In this document: positions 24,904 through 36,373 of the stretch, piece after piece
How positions within the stretch are numbered: position 1 is the stretch's first letter
How the letters are laid out: each line of letters opens with the position of its first letter
Assembly (NCBI GenBank): GCA_028534125.1
Contig: CM052817.1
Span: forward strand, 34,722,001-34,786,000
Reading direction: 5' to 3'
Length of the DNA: 64,000 nucleotides
From: Lama glama
Taxonomy: Eukaryota
The notes under the pieces: generated by a model
What the model was told of the DNA's origin: nothing
What the model saw: the letters and a program-made list of their open reading frames with translations, nothing else
The model's database searches: none
Position numbers and translations under genes: made by a program

Positions 24904-27274
24904 GATGCCACTCGGAAATCCCCCAGGGCTGTGGAGGAGGAACGGGAGTTAGAATTTTGGAAGGTTTCCAGTCATTCTCACTTGATAGTAGAGTTTCTTA
25001 ACTCCTAGAACACAATAAAAATTCCCTATCTTTGGAACTAAAGAACATAGGTGATTGGAAGCCTGAAAGTAATATGAGACTGAACTCATGGATAAAATCT
25101 AATACAAATTGGTACCAGTGTTATGTTTGCATTATAGATGAGGTTATAATTTGAGGAATAGGTGAATATCCACTATAAATCAAGAAATTTTAAAAAAATG
25201 TTTTAGTCAAAACAAAATAAGCACCAACTGCAAATGAAGAGCATGGTCTTCAGTCATGGATAAATAAGCCAAATAAATATAAAGACATTTAATAGCAAGT
25301 TAATCAAGAATTCAGCAGATAGGATCTGGGAAAACACATCCCGAAGGAAAAAAGTGTATTAAGAACCTGAATAGCTATACTGCAGCTGTGCTTGTGGTCC
25401 AAGGATCTCCAGGTTTTCATAAGGGAGGTTTTTGGAGAACAAACCAATATAGGAGCAAAACATAAATGAGCAGAATCTCTGATAATAGCTTATGGGGAAT
25501 AGTGCTATGTTATTTTTTATATTTTCCCCAGCAGTGTTTTTATAGCTACCTTAGCAAGCAAAATTAAAGTTTTAAAAGTAACTTCTGGCAAGGAGCTGTG
25601 GTAGTTACCCCATTCAGACCAAGCCATGTCTGTGTGGGCAGTACCTTGTAGGTAGGGAAAAGGGATAAAGAACTGACCTGATTGAAAAAATTAGCCCCTA
25701 GGCCAAAGGTAGCCAAATTAAAAAACAAACAAACCAAAAGGATTCCTGACCAAAAACAGAAAGAGAATTTATCTGTGTGATATTAACATCTCTTAGTAAA
25801 GAATGTTGCAATAAGAGAGGGTGGTCTACATGGAAATATGGAAATGGGGGTGAGAACAACTGAAGTTTGCAGTGTTCATCCAACTAACATTATTCAGGGG
25901 AGAACCTAAGGAAAATAAATATACTTACTAAAGGGCAGTGCCCTGCTCTGAGTTAGAAACGACTCATTCAGCTTCCAGCCATACCATCACCCTCTCCTTG
26001 CTCTGACTTTGTGCTCACAGAGCAACCAACTGACTTATGTCCATACAGGCTTTAAGATATCATGAAATCATGAAGAACTTCCCCCGGGCAGATGTGCATG
26101 TATCATGTGCCCATCATAAACTGATAATTTGGAAAGTGATGTTAGTTTAATCAGACCACTTGGGTCAGATGCATTTTTGGGTAGGCTGAGAAAGTGAAGT
26201 TCCTGGGTCACAAAACTAGACTTGGGAGTCCAGTGATTTCATCAAGGTAAGGCCAATCTCTGACATCTTGCCTAGGCAACTAGTCAAGCAACCCCTACCC
26301 AGATGATCTTTGTGCCTTCAAACTGGACAATATTACCCACATTAGTAGTAAATGTAGAAAAACATATACAAACAAGAACTTTCTCAATATTCACAGGCAA
26401 AGAGGGCCAGAACAGCCTGAAGGGGCTAGACTTTGGAGGGAAGATAACCAAAATACTTTGTACCTCTGCCTTCATCTGTAAGATGGAAATAATTATATCT
26501 CTTCCTGCCAGGACATCAGAACTTATACACACAAATAAATATTGTTCTCCAAATTCATCCTAAGAATCTATATGTCCTTTCCAAAAAAGTTACTGTTCAA
26601 AATGCTTTTTTGGAACTTTACCTTGAAATTTCCCCTCAAAGCCATCTTTCAGGTGACAAAACAAACTCTGTCTTATTTACCAGGGTCACACCTCAGTTCC
26701 CAACAGAAAGCAACTTGTCACAATCTAATTACCCACTTTAGCCATCATACGATGCTGTGAATGATAACTCTGGTCAGTTTACAACTGTGACTTCAGACTC
26801 CCCAGCCCACAAGCATGGCTGGACTCTGGACTTTGTTTCACTAGCTCCAGCTCTCTTTCTCTACCCTGCCACAAACCCTAGAAAGAGTAGTTTGCATTTC
26901 TGCTTCTTAATTCCTCCAAAATTACTCACCATGGACAACCTGACTTCCCCTTCCTCTACTCTACTAAATTCCCTCATCAAAGATCACCAACAGCTTTCTA
27001 AAAGCCAAATTCAACCACATCCTGTTTCTCTAGAGCATCCAACCTAGTGACCAGATCTTCCTGACACACCTCTCTTGATACCTATGCCAGCCCTTTCTTC
27101 CGCTTCCCCTCTTGTCTCTCTGATTACACCTCAATACATTCTGAATCTTTTTTTCTTGAATATAGGCTTTTCCTGAGTTCTGGCTTTTGGATCTCTTCTC
27201 ACTTCATACTGTCTCACTGGGCAAATTTAATCATTTCATGGCTTAACATTAACTAGGTGTAGCTGTCTCTTTTT

Positions 27275-27653
27275 AAAATTTTTAAAAACATTTTCTACAA
27301 TTTTTAAAGGTTACTTTCCATTCTCAGCTATTACAAAATACTGAGTCTATTCCCCATGCTATACAATATATCCTTGAGCCTATCTTGCACCCAGTAGTTT
27401 GTGCCTCCCACTCCCCCACCCCTACTGCTCCTCCTTGCAACTCATAACCCCTAATTTGTTCTCTATATCTGTGAGTCTGCCTCTTTTTTGTTATATTCAT
27501 TAGTTTGTGGTATTTCTTAGATTTCACATATAAGTGATATACAGTATTTGTCTTTCTCTGTCTGACTTATTTCACTTAGCATAACGCCCTTCAAGTCCAT
27601 CCATGTTGCTGCAAATAGCAATTTTCACTCTTCTTTATAGCTGAGTAGTATTC

Positions 27654-27705
<52 letters not shown>

Positions 27706-28062
27706 ACCGCATCATTTTTATCCATTCATCTGTTGATAAGCACATAGGTTGCTTCCATATCCTGGCAACTGTAAATAATGCTGCTGTGAACTGCAGTGTT
27801 TTTGTTTTTTTCAGATATATACCCAGGAGTAGAATTGCTGAGTCACATGGTAGTACTATTTTTTAGTTTTTTGAGAAACCTTCATACTGTTTTCCACAGT
27901 GGCTGCACCAATTTACATTCCCACCAACAGTGTACAAGGGTTCCTTTTTCTCCACATTCTCTCCAACACTTGTTATTTGTGTTCTTATTATTGATGGCCG
28001 TACCAACAGAGGTGAGCTGATAGCTCATTGTGGTTTTGATTTGCATATTCCTTATGATTAGT
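27275..28062 (-). mobile_element. 5'-truncated L1 with internal (TG)n
   Basis: Antisense ORF2 C-terminus and 3'UTR. (TG)n at 27656-27702. Confidence 0.9.
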
Positions 28063-28104
28063 GGACATAGCTATCCCTGTTTTTTTCCTCACAGTTTACT
28101 TTTT

Positions 28105-28245
28105 AAAAAAAAAACTGAAGTACTGTTGATTTATAATATTGTGTTAGTTTCTGGTGTACAGCAAAGTGATTCAGTTATACATACAAATAAATATTCTTTT
28201 TCAGATTCTTTTCCATTATGGGTTATTACAAGATATTGAATATGT
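28105..28245 (-). mobile_element. Short L1 3' terminus
   Basis: tgaagtactgttgatttataatattgtgttagtttctggtgtacagc...gttattacaagatattgaata, homologous to 188-300. Confidence 0.85.
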
Positions 28246-28329
28246 TTCTTAAGTTGGAGTATAGAAAAGCAAACAAAACTAACACAATAATAAGTTAGGT
28301 GTTATAATAAAGTACAATGTTTCATATTA

Positions 28330-28800
28330 CATAAAATGCAAGAGAAAATGATTACTTCTGCCTTTGAGAAGGCAGCTCAGGAGAGCAAAGAGAAAGAGCA
28401 ATTCCAGGCAGAGGCGAATGCAGGAGAGAGGGCTCAGAGGTCAGAAGGTACACAGGATGCCCAGGTAAGTGACAGTGAGAAATCCTACTATGGGGGAGAG
28501 AGGATGGAGGCAGGTCTGGAGAGAAGAGCTTAGCAAGGTTGGAAAGGGGCTTTGTTTACTGTTCTAAGATGTACAGTCTTTATTCAGAGGGTGATGAGAA
28601 GCCATCAAGAGTTTCAAGTGCATAGATGCCTGGTTAAGATCTGTGTTTTAGATAGATCATGCTAATTCAATGTGGGAGGCTGGATGGGAGAAGAGAGAGC
28701 TGGGAAACAAGGGCTATTGTGCACATTCAGGACTGACTCAGGCAGTGGGTGTGGATAGGAGCAGATGGAGGCGACAGCTCAACAGAGCCTAGGGTCCTCT
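28330..28800 (-). mobile_element. L2 fragment
   Basis: cattccaggcagagg...gagaagccatcaagagtt...gatctgtgttttagatagatca. Confidence 0.6.
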
Positions 28801-29060
28801 CTACTCAGAGCGATTATGGTGACATAACATGAGGGAAAGAACGGCACATGGGAGTGTGTGCATATTTGCCCATTCGTGTATTCAAACTCAGCTTTTATTC
28901 ATTTATTCCTTAAGCACAGCACCTAACAAACTCCAGATTATGAATTTTATTCTACTTGCCGTGTTTTGTGATTGCTCATTATATTAGATTAGTTGGGAAT
29001 TTGTGATGAAGATAATTGCTGGGTACAATTTAACTTGGCCCTGTTTGCTAAAAAAGAAAT

Positions 29061-29106
29061 GGAGGGAGGAAGGGAAGGAGGGAAGGAAGGAAGGAAGGAA
29101 GGAAGG
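29061..29106. repeat. (GGAA/GGGA)n purine microsatellite
   Basis: Read directly. Confidence 0.9.
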
Positions 29107-30289
29107 AGTGAAAGAAGAAGGCAAGATATACTAAGCAAATTAATACTATAAATCAGACTGCAAAAACAAATTTCTTCTGAAGACAGCAGTTTCGAGCCTT
29201 TAAAAAGCATGGCACAGAAATATGGTGCAGCTGACTTCCAGTCCTCAAAAGAAGTCACATTGCTAGGCTCCACCCTCTGTTCCTCCCCCAAACGTCTCTT
29301 AGCAATATAATAATCTTAGCAATATTAGGCAAACGGTGGAGTTGAAGGGGAAGAAAAGAAGGAGCAATGACAAACTGTGATGGGGTGAGGAACTACAACA
29401 GGACAGTCTGCAAAACCTCAATTTCTTTCTCCCTCACTGCCTGGATCTCTACATTTGGCTTTCATCATCTAGCCAGAAGTTCTACCAATTAGCAGTTCCC
29501 TTGGTTTCACAATTATTCTGTTAAAAAATTCAAATAATACAGAGATTGTTAAAATCTGGTGAGTCATCCTCAGATTACAGTAAAGGGTGGGCATTTAGGC
29601 TCACACCCACTATTTGGAAATTTTCACCAATTCTTATCCATTCACTTATCCACTCACTAAAGGTCTACAAAATCTCTTATCTAACTATTACTGTGGCACT
29701 TGAAAGTATTTTTTGATAACTTAAGGTGGCCTTTCTCTATTGGACTGAATTATTTGAGTGACACCATTCTATCACTATTAACAGCAGTTACAATAATAAA
29801 TGATGCGGATATCAAAGCACCTCTATATTGCTTTTGAGTAAAATAAATATTTAGTGTAGCCACTAGTAACACCAGAGTTAAATTTTATCCTTGAAACAGT
29901 TGAAAAATTAACTGCAATTATATTATTTTAACCAAAATAAGCATTTAAACAGTTGTTTACATTGATATTTCCAACTTTTTAGGTAGGTGGATCAGATATA
30001 ATTATCCCTAAATAATTATTCGAAGTTTTCTTTCTTTTTTTTTCTTTTTTTTTTTTTTTGCTAAGTGTAAAAATCTATTTTAATATTCAAACGCATGAAC
30101 CGGGACAAACATACCAGAACCCAGGGCTCTAACGCAGACGGCACTATGCTATGGACACCAGTGAACCACATGAAGAGGCAACTTACTAGGAGCACTGAGT
30201 CTAGCGATGAATATATGATATTGACACCTAGATCAGCGTCATAAGTAAGAACCCATTCTGGGTAGAAGATAATACACCACTGGAGTGGC

Positions 30290-30530
30290 TATCAGGTTTA
30301 GAGGCAAATTTTAGGCAACATCTGCAGGCTTGTGTTCTGGTTCTGACTCTACTACTAATTCACCCTGTGAACTGACGTGTTATTGAACCCCCAAAGGCTG
30401 TTTCCTCATTTGTAAAATGAATACTTCTTATCCTGTCTGCTGCACAGGGCGGCTGGGAAGCCCAAGTGAGATATTATACCTGCAAGTTCTTTGAATCACA
30501 TAAACACTCAAGAAATACAAATTACTATTA
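30290..30530 (+). mobile_element. MIR SINE
   Basis: ggttctgactctactactaatt...ctgtttcctcatttgtaaaatg. Confidence 0.7.
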
Positions 30531-31805
30531 CTAACACTTTGAATCATCACCGTCACCTATGCAATTACTTCCCCATTTGTTACATGACAGGCACCATGGA
30601 CAAACTTTTCACAGGTATGTCACATGTGTAGCACATGACCTTGCTGTGCCATTAGTTACAATAGAGTGGAATTGCATACGGAGCAGATCTGATTTTGAAA
30701 TGGCATTTTACTAATGCGGCTTCCATACAATTGTAATATGACATTAATAAAGCTGTGGCAACTTTCCAACATACTGTATTCTTCTTCTAGAATGCATTCC
30801 AGGGCCAACCTCACTTCCTCAGACTTAACTAATTGGTTAAGGACATGAGTTAACTCCTCCAGACCACTGGGTACCAATTAATGGTAATTTAGGCTGTAAT
30901 GAAGAATGGGCTGAAACCAATCTAAAGACATTTAATGGGATAAATATAAACTAATGTTCCTAGGAACAAGGAATTCTGGAAAACTGTCATTAGTTATCCT
31001 CTCATTGTTTGGGAGAGCCCAATAAACAGCACTGAGTGCTGAACCAAATGAGAAACAAGACAATGACATAATGCCATTTGAGCAGGACTATCACTTTATT
31101 ACAGATAAAACTGATAATGGAGAAACTGACTTAAATCCGCAGGCAAGTGGGCTTCAAAATACCAAGTCCCACTAGACTAGTGCAGGCTCCCTGGGGGCAC
31201 AAACCCCCAGCAAAACTTACAGGACAGGGAGAGCAGGACAAAGCATGTGCTCTCTATGGGCTGACTTTTTCCCAAAGAAAGAGGAGAAACACACTGAGCC
31301 AAGGATGTCCATGTTCTCCTTCCAAACTCACCCATCAGATGAATTCACTCCTCCTCTGGGAAGACTGAGAGAACTGGAGAGAGTCCGGGACTGATTCAAG
31401 AATGAGGTTCTCAGAAGGAAACATCAAGAAAGGGGAAAGATTTCCTCTCTGTAAAGCACAGCAGCCCAGAGAGAATTTGGGACCTTTCCAGGATTAAACA
31501 GCAAGTAGGTGGTAGCATCAGGGTTGAAAGCTTTATTTATTTGTGTTTTAAAAAAAAATGGAGCAAAACAGGATAAGACAGACTCCCTGATTTATTAGCA
31601 TTGCACATGAAAAAGTTGGGGATTGGGATTGTTTCATAGTCTACAAAGTTAGCCTGAAATTCTTGGTCATGCATGTGGCTCACAGTATAGGATCCAGACC
31701 ACAGAAAAATAACATATCTGTTCTCCAGACCTTTCTGGAGGATTGTACTCAATTCTGTGAAGCACATTTTATTAGGAAGATTGATGATTTAGAAAATATA
31801 GAAGT

Positions 31806-31930
31806 GGGGGGAGGGTATAGCTCAATGGCAGAGGGCATGCTTAGCATGCAGGAGGTCCTGTGTTCAATCCCCAGCACCTCCGTTTAAATAAATAAATAAA
31901 TCTAATTCTCTCTCCCTCATACACAAAAAT
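31806..31930 (+). mobile_element. Vic-1-like SINE
   Basis: ggggggagggtatagctcaatggcagag...gttcaatcccc. TSD-like aaaatatagaag (about 31793-31804) / aaagtatagaag (about 31932-31943). Confidence 0.9.
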
Positions 31931-32098
31931 AAAAGTATAGAAGGATATGAACAGGACAGGAAGAAGCTGAAACAGAATTGGAGTTTGAAAAGACCTCACT
32001 GAGAAGAGGGAGGAGAACTGTTTCTGTAACAACAGGACCAAGAGCAGAAACAGAAAGTGATACAGAGGCAGTTTTAAGTTAATGCAAGGAAGACTTTC

Positions 32099-32100
<2 letters not shown>

Positions 32101-32135
<35 letters not shown>
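32101..32135. repeat. (CA)n microsatellite
   Basis: Read directly. Confidence 0.97.
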
Positions 32136-32136
<1 letters not shown>

Positions 32137-32149
32137 GCCTAGCCCTGAA

Positions 32150-32690
32150 TGGGATGCAAATTTGATCATGACACCCTCTTGTAAAAACCACTGGATGGTT
32201 TCCTAGTGCTCTTAGATAACGTCCAAGATAGTTAGGAAAGTTTACAAGCCCTTTGTGGATGGGCCCTTTGGTTAGTGTCCAGTCCCAGCTCCCACTCACT
32301 CCCTCCCATTCTGCTGGCTGCAGCCACACTGACCTGGTTTAGCCCTGGTGCACAACAGGCTCCTCCCTACTTCCCAGCCTTGACCATGCAGGTCCCTCTT
32401 CCTGGGTGGTCTTACTTCTTTTCTATAGCAAACCAACTCCGATTCATCCTTCAGATCTCAGTTCTCCCATCTTCACAGAATCCTTCCTACCTCCTGGAGG
32501 AGGTCACTTTGCCCTCCGTGTTCTTCTTGTTTGTACTTGTCAGAGCTGTGGCTTGACTTGTCTTGTTTGACCGTTTAATTAATGTCTGTCTCCCCTATTA
32601 ACCTGTGACTTCCGTGAGGGCAGAGAATGTGTTGTTTCTCATGGTAGAGACCCCAGATAGACCTACTCATCATAGACCTACTGAACAAGG
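32150..32690 (+). mobile_element. L2 fragment
   Basis: aatttgatcatgacaccc...tcatccttcagatctcag...gtctgtctcccc...gtgagggcagagaatgtgt. Confidence 0.7.
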
Positions 32691-34877
32691 AGGGGTAGGG
32701 AAGAGGGGGAAGAGGAGGAAGGAAGAGGACCCCCCACCAACACCAGAACTAGAAAGGTTCAAGCAGAATATATTAAAGACCATCTTTCAAGAAAAAGGTT
32801 GAAAATATTCCTGTGCTGAGTGGGATGATTGAACCAGCTCAAACTAGTCAGCAAATATTTGCGAAGCACATACTGTGTTCCAGGTGCCAGATGCTAAGGA
32901 TGCCAGTACTGAATCAACCCCTGCACTGATGTATAAGAGAGCTTCCAATTCTAAGAGCTGGTGATTACACGGAGCAAATCCATTTAATAGTGTAAGACAG
33001 AAAAAACAAGAAAAGATAAAACTGACATTCTGGACCAGGTTTCCATCCCCAACTGCAGTCATATCTAACTTCATTAGATACATATGCACTTTGAATATTG
33101 GAATTAGTCATTTTTGGTGAGCCACAGCTATCATTAAAATGGGAGAGGGAGAATTGACTTAATATCTTGTGGAAAGCAAGTGCAAGAATTAATGTAAGGA
33201 ACCACCCCAGTGATTCAGATTAACCTTTCTTTGTAACCATTAAGGACATGACTCAACAAAGCCCAGTGGAGTTTGTTTCCACTGAGTCCTTCCAAAGAGT
33301 TCCAATATGTAAGGACAGAGATAAGAAAAATTTGAAATCTCCTTTTCCAGGATGTTGCCAGCAGCAAATGCCTCCATTTAGGATCCATTGCTTTTAAAAC
33401 TGTAACTTTTGCATTCTAAAACCATGTGCCTCTGATCGGAGATTGAAGCCAGACATGTGGCTCCTGTTGTCAGGAGACGTGGGCAGAGGGGATCGTGAAA
33501 GAACAGAAGGAACAGAGTATCCTGAAGGAATAGGCCAGAGCTGATTCTGGCCCTAAGGAAAACCAAATGAACCCTTTGCCCATTTAATTTTTCTGCGCGA
33601 TTTATTTTATTCTTTAACTTGCTGGCCCAGGCTCATCCATTTCTGTTAAATACATATCTGCTCTCATTTATCCTGGCTCATGCTTCCTGGAGATGGCCCT
33701 GTGAGAAGCAGCTTGAAGGCAAATTAGTGCCACTATTCATGGCCTCTGCCCTGGGGACACTGAGCAGTCACTGCTTTCTCTATCCAGGTGCCTCAACACC
33801 TAGAGTATGCAGTCTTGTCCCCTTCTTGTGCATCCACAAGAGTTTCATGCCTGGGAAGAGTTTTGTTGTATCTTAAGATAAGGAATATCACATCAGACTG
33901 GTCCACAAAATTGGAAAAAGTAAGAAAATGGAGAAAGATGGAAGATACAGTTAAGGGAAAAGATAATTAACCAAGCAAGATTTTGGAGGAGGTGGGAGAG
34001 GTGCAACAAAGGTCTATGCATCTAACAAATTTTAAGACTGAGTTCCAGACATCTCAGAGTTCTCTAACTTGGAAACTACTCAACTTTACAACTCCTCTAT
34101 TGCTTGTATTTGTTTATTCTTATCAAACATAGTAAAATAATAATGCAAAAAATTTGCCATTCAGCTCTTAGAATACAGCCATTCATAATACAAGTTTAAA
34201 CTATATTGGCTTCATAGCACTGAAATTCCTGGGGTTCCCATTAATTAAGGCCTGAATTGATTAGCAGGTTTAAGAATCACATTTATAAATGTAGTTTTCT
34301 GAATGCCTGTGTAACAGAATATGAAAGAGATAAATAAACAATGTTATTATTCAGTCATTGCCAATGGATAATTACCTGGACACAATTTGTGTCCTCAGTG
34401 CTAAAAAAGATAATGTTAAAAAAAAAATGTGGAAAAGTGGCTGTCAAGTTAATGGTGAAAGTACAGGAAGCTGACTTCTGTGACCATCATTGTTTCATTT
34501 TAATATTTTTCAAACCAATTATATGACCCAGCTCTGGGAAAATGTGACATTTACTAGGCATTTGAGAATGATTAATTTGGTATATGTGTCTTTGTACTTT
34601 TTTTAACTTTGTATAACGGAAAATTTGAAACATACGCAAAAAAGATGGTATTTAATGAAACTTTAGGTACTCATCACCTGTTTTCCCTGAAAATTATTTT
34701 GAAGCAAAGCTCAGATGTCATCTTATTTCCTCTGCATCTGTGTATTACAATTCTAACTATAATTATCAGTGCTTACCTCCTGGGATTGAATTATTTATCA
34801 GTCATCACAGACATATAATAAGAACAACAGCAACAAGCTTCTCAGTAAATATTTGCTGATATAACGAATGAACAAAA

Positions 34878-35045
34878 GGCTAACGTTTACTGAGCACTTA
34901 CTGTGTGGCAGGCCCTGTCCTACGTGCTTTCCAGGCACCCTCTCATTTAATCTTTATAAATTACAAATATCATTAAACTATCCTATAAATATCTTCACAT
35001 TTCAGACGAGAAAACAAGTGTAAAGAGATTGAGGGATATCCCCAA
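34878..35045 (-). mobile_element. MIR SINE
   Basis: gctaacgtttactgagcacttactgtgtggcaggc...tctcatttaatc...catttcagacgagaaaac. Confidence 0.8.
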
Positions 35046-35200
35046 AGATATATATAAATTAAATGAAAATGAAATCAAACTGAATCATACTGTGAATATA
35101 GAATAAAAGCAAAGCATGAATGGCACTAGGTATTTTGATTAGGTTCAGAATCCAGGCCCTTGAGGATGAAAGTCAATGTGGCAAAACATTAAAAATTGGT

Positions 35201-35630
35201 GAATCGAAGATGGCGGAGTAGAAGGACGCTTGTAAGTCACCCTCTCCCACAAATACACCAAGACCCACATCTACAGACCCACTCAGCCAACCAGAGCACC
35301 TGTGGAACTCCAACAGAACATTGCCCTCTTCAAAAGATAAAGACGCCAAAAATCTGGTAGGAGAAAAGGAAAAAAGAAAGAACAAAAGGCAAAGCAGCGC
35401 GGGTCGGGTCCCGCGGGGAGGGAGCGGCAAAGGAGGACTGGCGCTCGCTCGCTGGGTCTCCCCTCTCCAACTGAGAGGCCAGCGGGACGGAGGGGGAGCC
35501 TCCGAGGCTCGGATCTGTACAGAGCAGCCCTTGTCTGACAGAACTAAGTTAAACGGGCACAGAGCGTCCCCCCGACACCCAGCCTGAGACGCGGGCCGGC
35601 AGCGGCGGGCAGGGCCAGGCTGCACAAGCC
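35201..35630 (+). mobile_element. 5'UTR / internal Pol II promoter of a young, probably full-length L1, cut off by the assembly gap
   Basis: Starts right after tt/aaaaattggt with a YY1-type aagatggcgg (35207-35216). Abrupt GC- and CpG-rich segment, unlike the rest of the window. Confidence 0.85.
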
Positions 35631-36130
35631 NNNNNNNNNNNNNNNNNNNNNNNNNNNNNNNNNNNNNNNNNNNNNNNNNNNNNNNNNNNNNNNNNNNNNN
35701 NNNNNNNNNNNNNNNNNNNNNNNNNNNNNNNNNNNNNNNNNNNNNNNNNNNNNNNNNNNNNNNNNNNNNNNNNNNNNNNNNNNNNNNNNNNNNNNNNNNN
35801 NNNNNNNNNNNNNNNNNNNNNNNNNNNNNNNNNNNNNNNNNNNNNNNNNNNNNNNNNNNNNNNNNNNNNNNNNNNNNNNNNNNNNNNNNNNNNNNNNNNN
35901 NNNNNNNNNNNNNNNNNNNNNNNNNNNNNNNNNNNNNNNNNNNNNNNNNNNNNNNNNNNNNNNNNNNNNNNNNNNNNNNNNNNNNNNNNNNNNNNNNNNN
36001 NNNNNNNNNNNNNNNNNNNNNNNNNNNNNNNNNNNNNNNNNNNNNNNNNNNNNNNNNNNNNNNNNNNNNNNNNNNNNNNNNNNNNNNNNNNNNNNNNNNN
36101 NNNNNNNNNNNNNNNNNNNNNNNNNNNNNN
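35631..36130. other. Assembly gap (500 N)
   Basis: Run of N read directly. Confidence 1.
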
Positions 36131-36153
36131 AAAAAAAAAAGAAGTAACCTTCT

Positions 36154-36373
36154 GATAAATTAGAGTTTGGGATAAGCAGATATAAGCCACCATACAGAAA
36201 ACAGATAAACAAGGCCCTACTGGATAGCACAGAGAATTATATTCAATATCTTGGAATAACTTTTAATGAAAAAGAAGATGAAAATATGTGTATATATTTA
36301 TATGTAGAACTGAGTCACTATGCTGTACACCAGAAACTAACACAATATTGTAAATCAACTATACTTTAGTTTT
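36154..36373 (+). mobile_element. Short L1 3'UTR insertion with its own TSD
   Basis: gataaattagagtttggg...gtaaatcaactatacttt. TSD aagaagtaacct (36139-36150) / aaggagtaatct (36374-36385). Confidence 0.85.

Noticed and set aside
903..31930. tRNA-like sequences at 903, 11522, 22505 and 31806 as tRNA genes
   Set aside because: Each has a non-tRNA tail, an A-rich end, a TSD and substitutions that break stems. They are SINE copies.
31841..32329. 162-aa minus-strand ORF
   Set aside because: It runs through L2, a (TG)n repeat and a SINE, so it is a chance ORF.
35201..35630. CpG island of a host gene promoter
   Set aside because: The sharp start at a TT/AAAA site with a YY1-type motif and the overall sequence fit an L1 5'UTR better.
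35173..36230. Longest ORFs (150, 214 and 228 aa)
   Set aside because: They are antisense translations of the GC-rich L1 5'UTR or read through the N gap.
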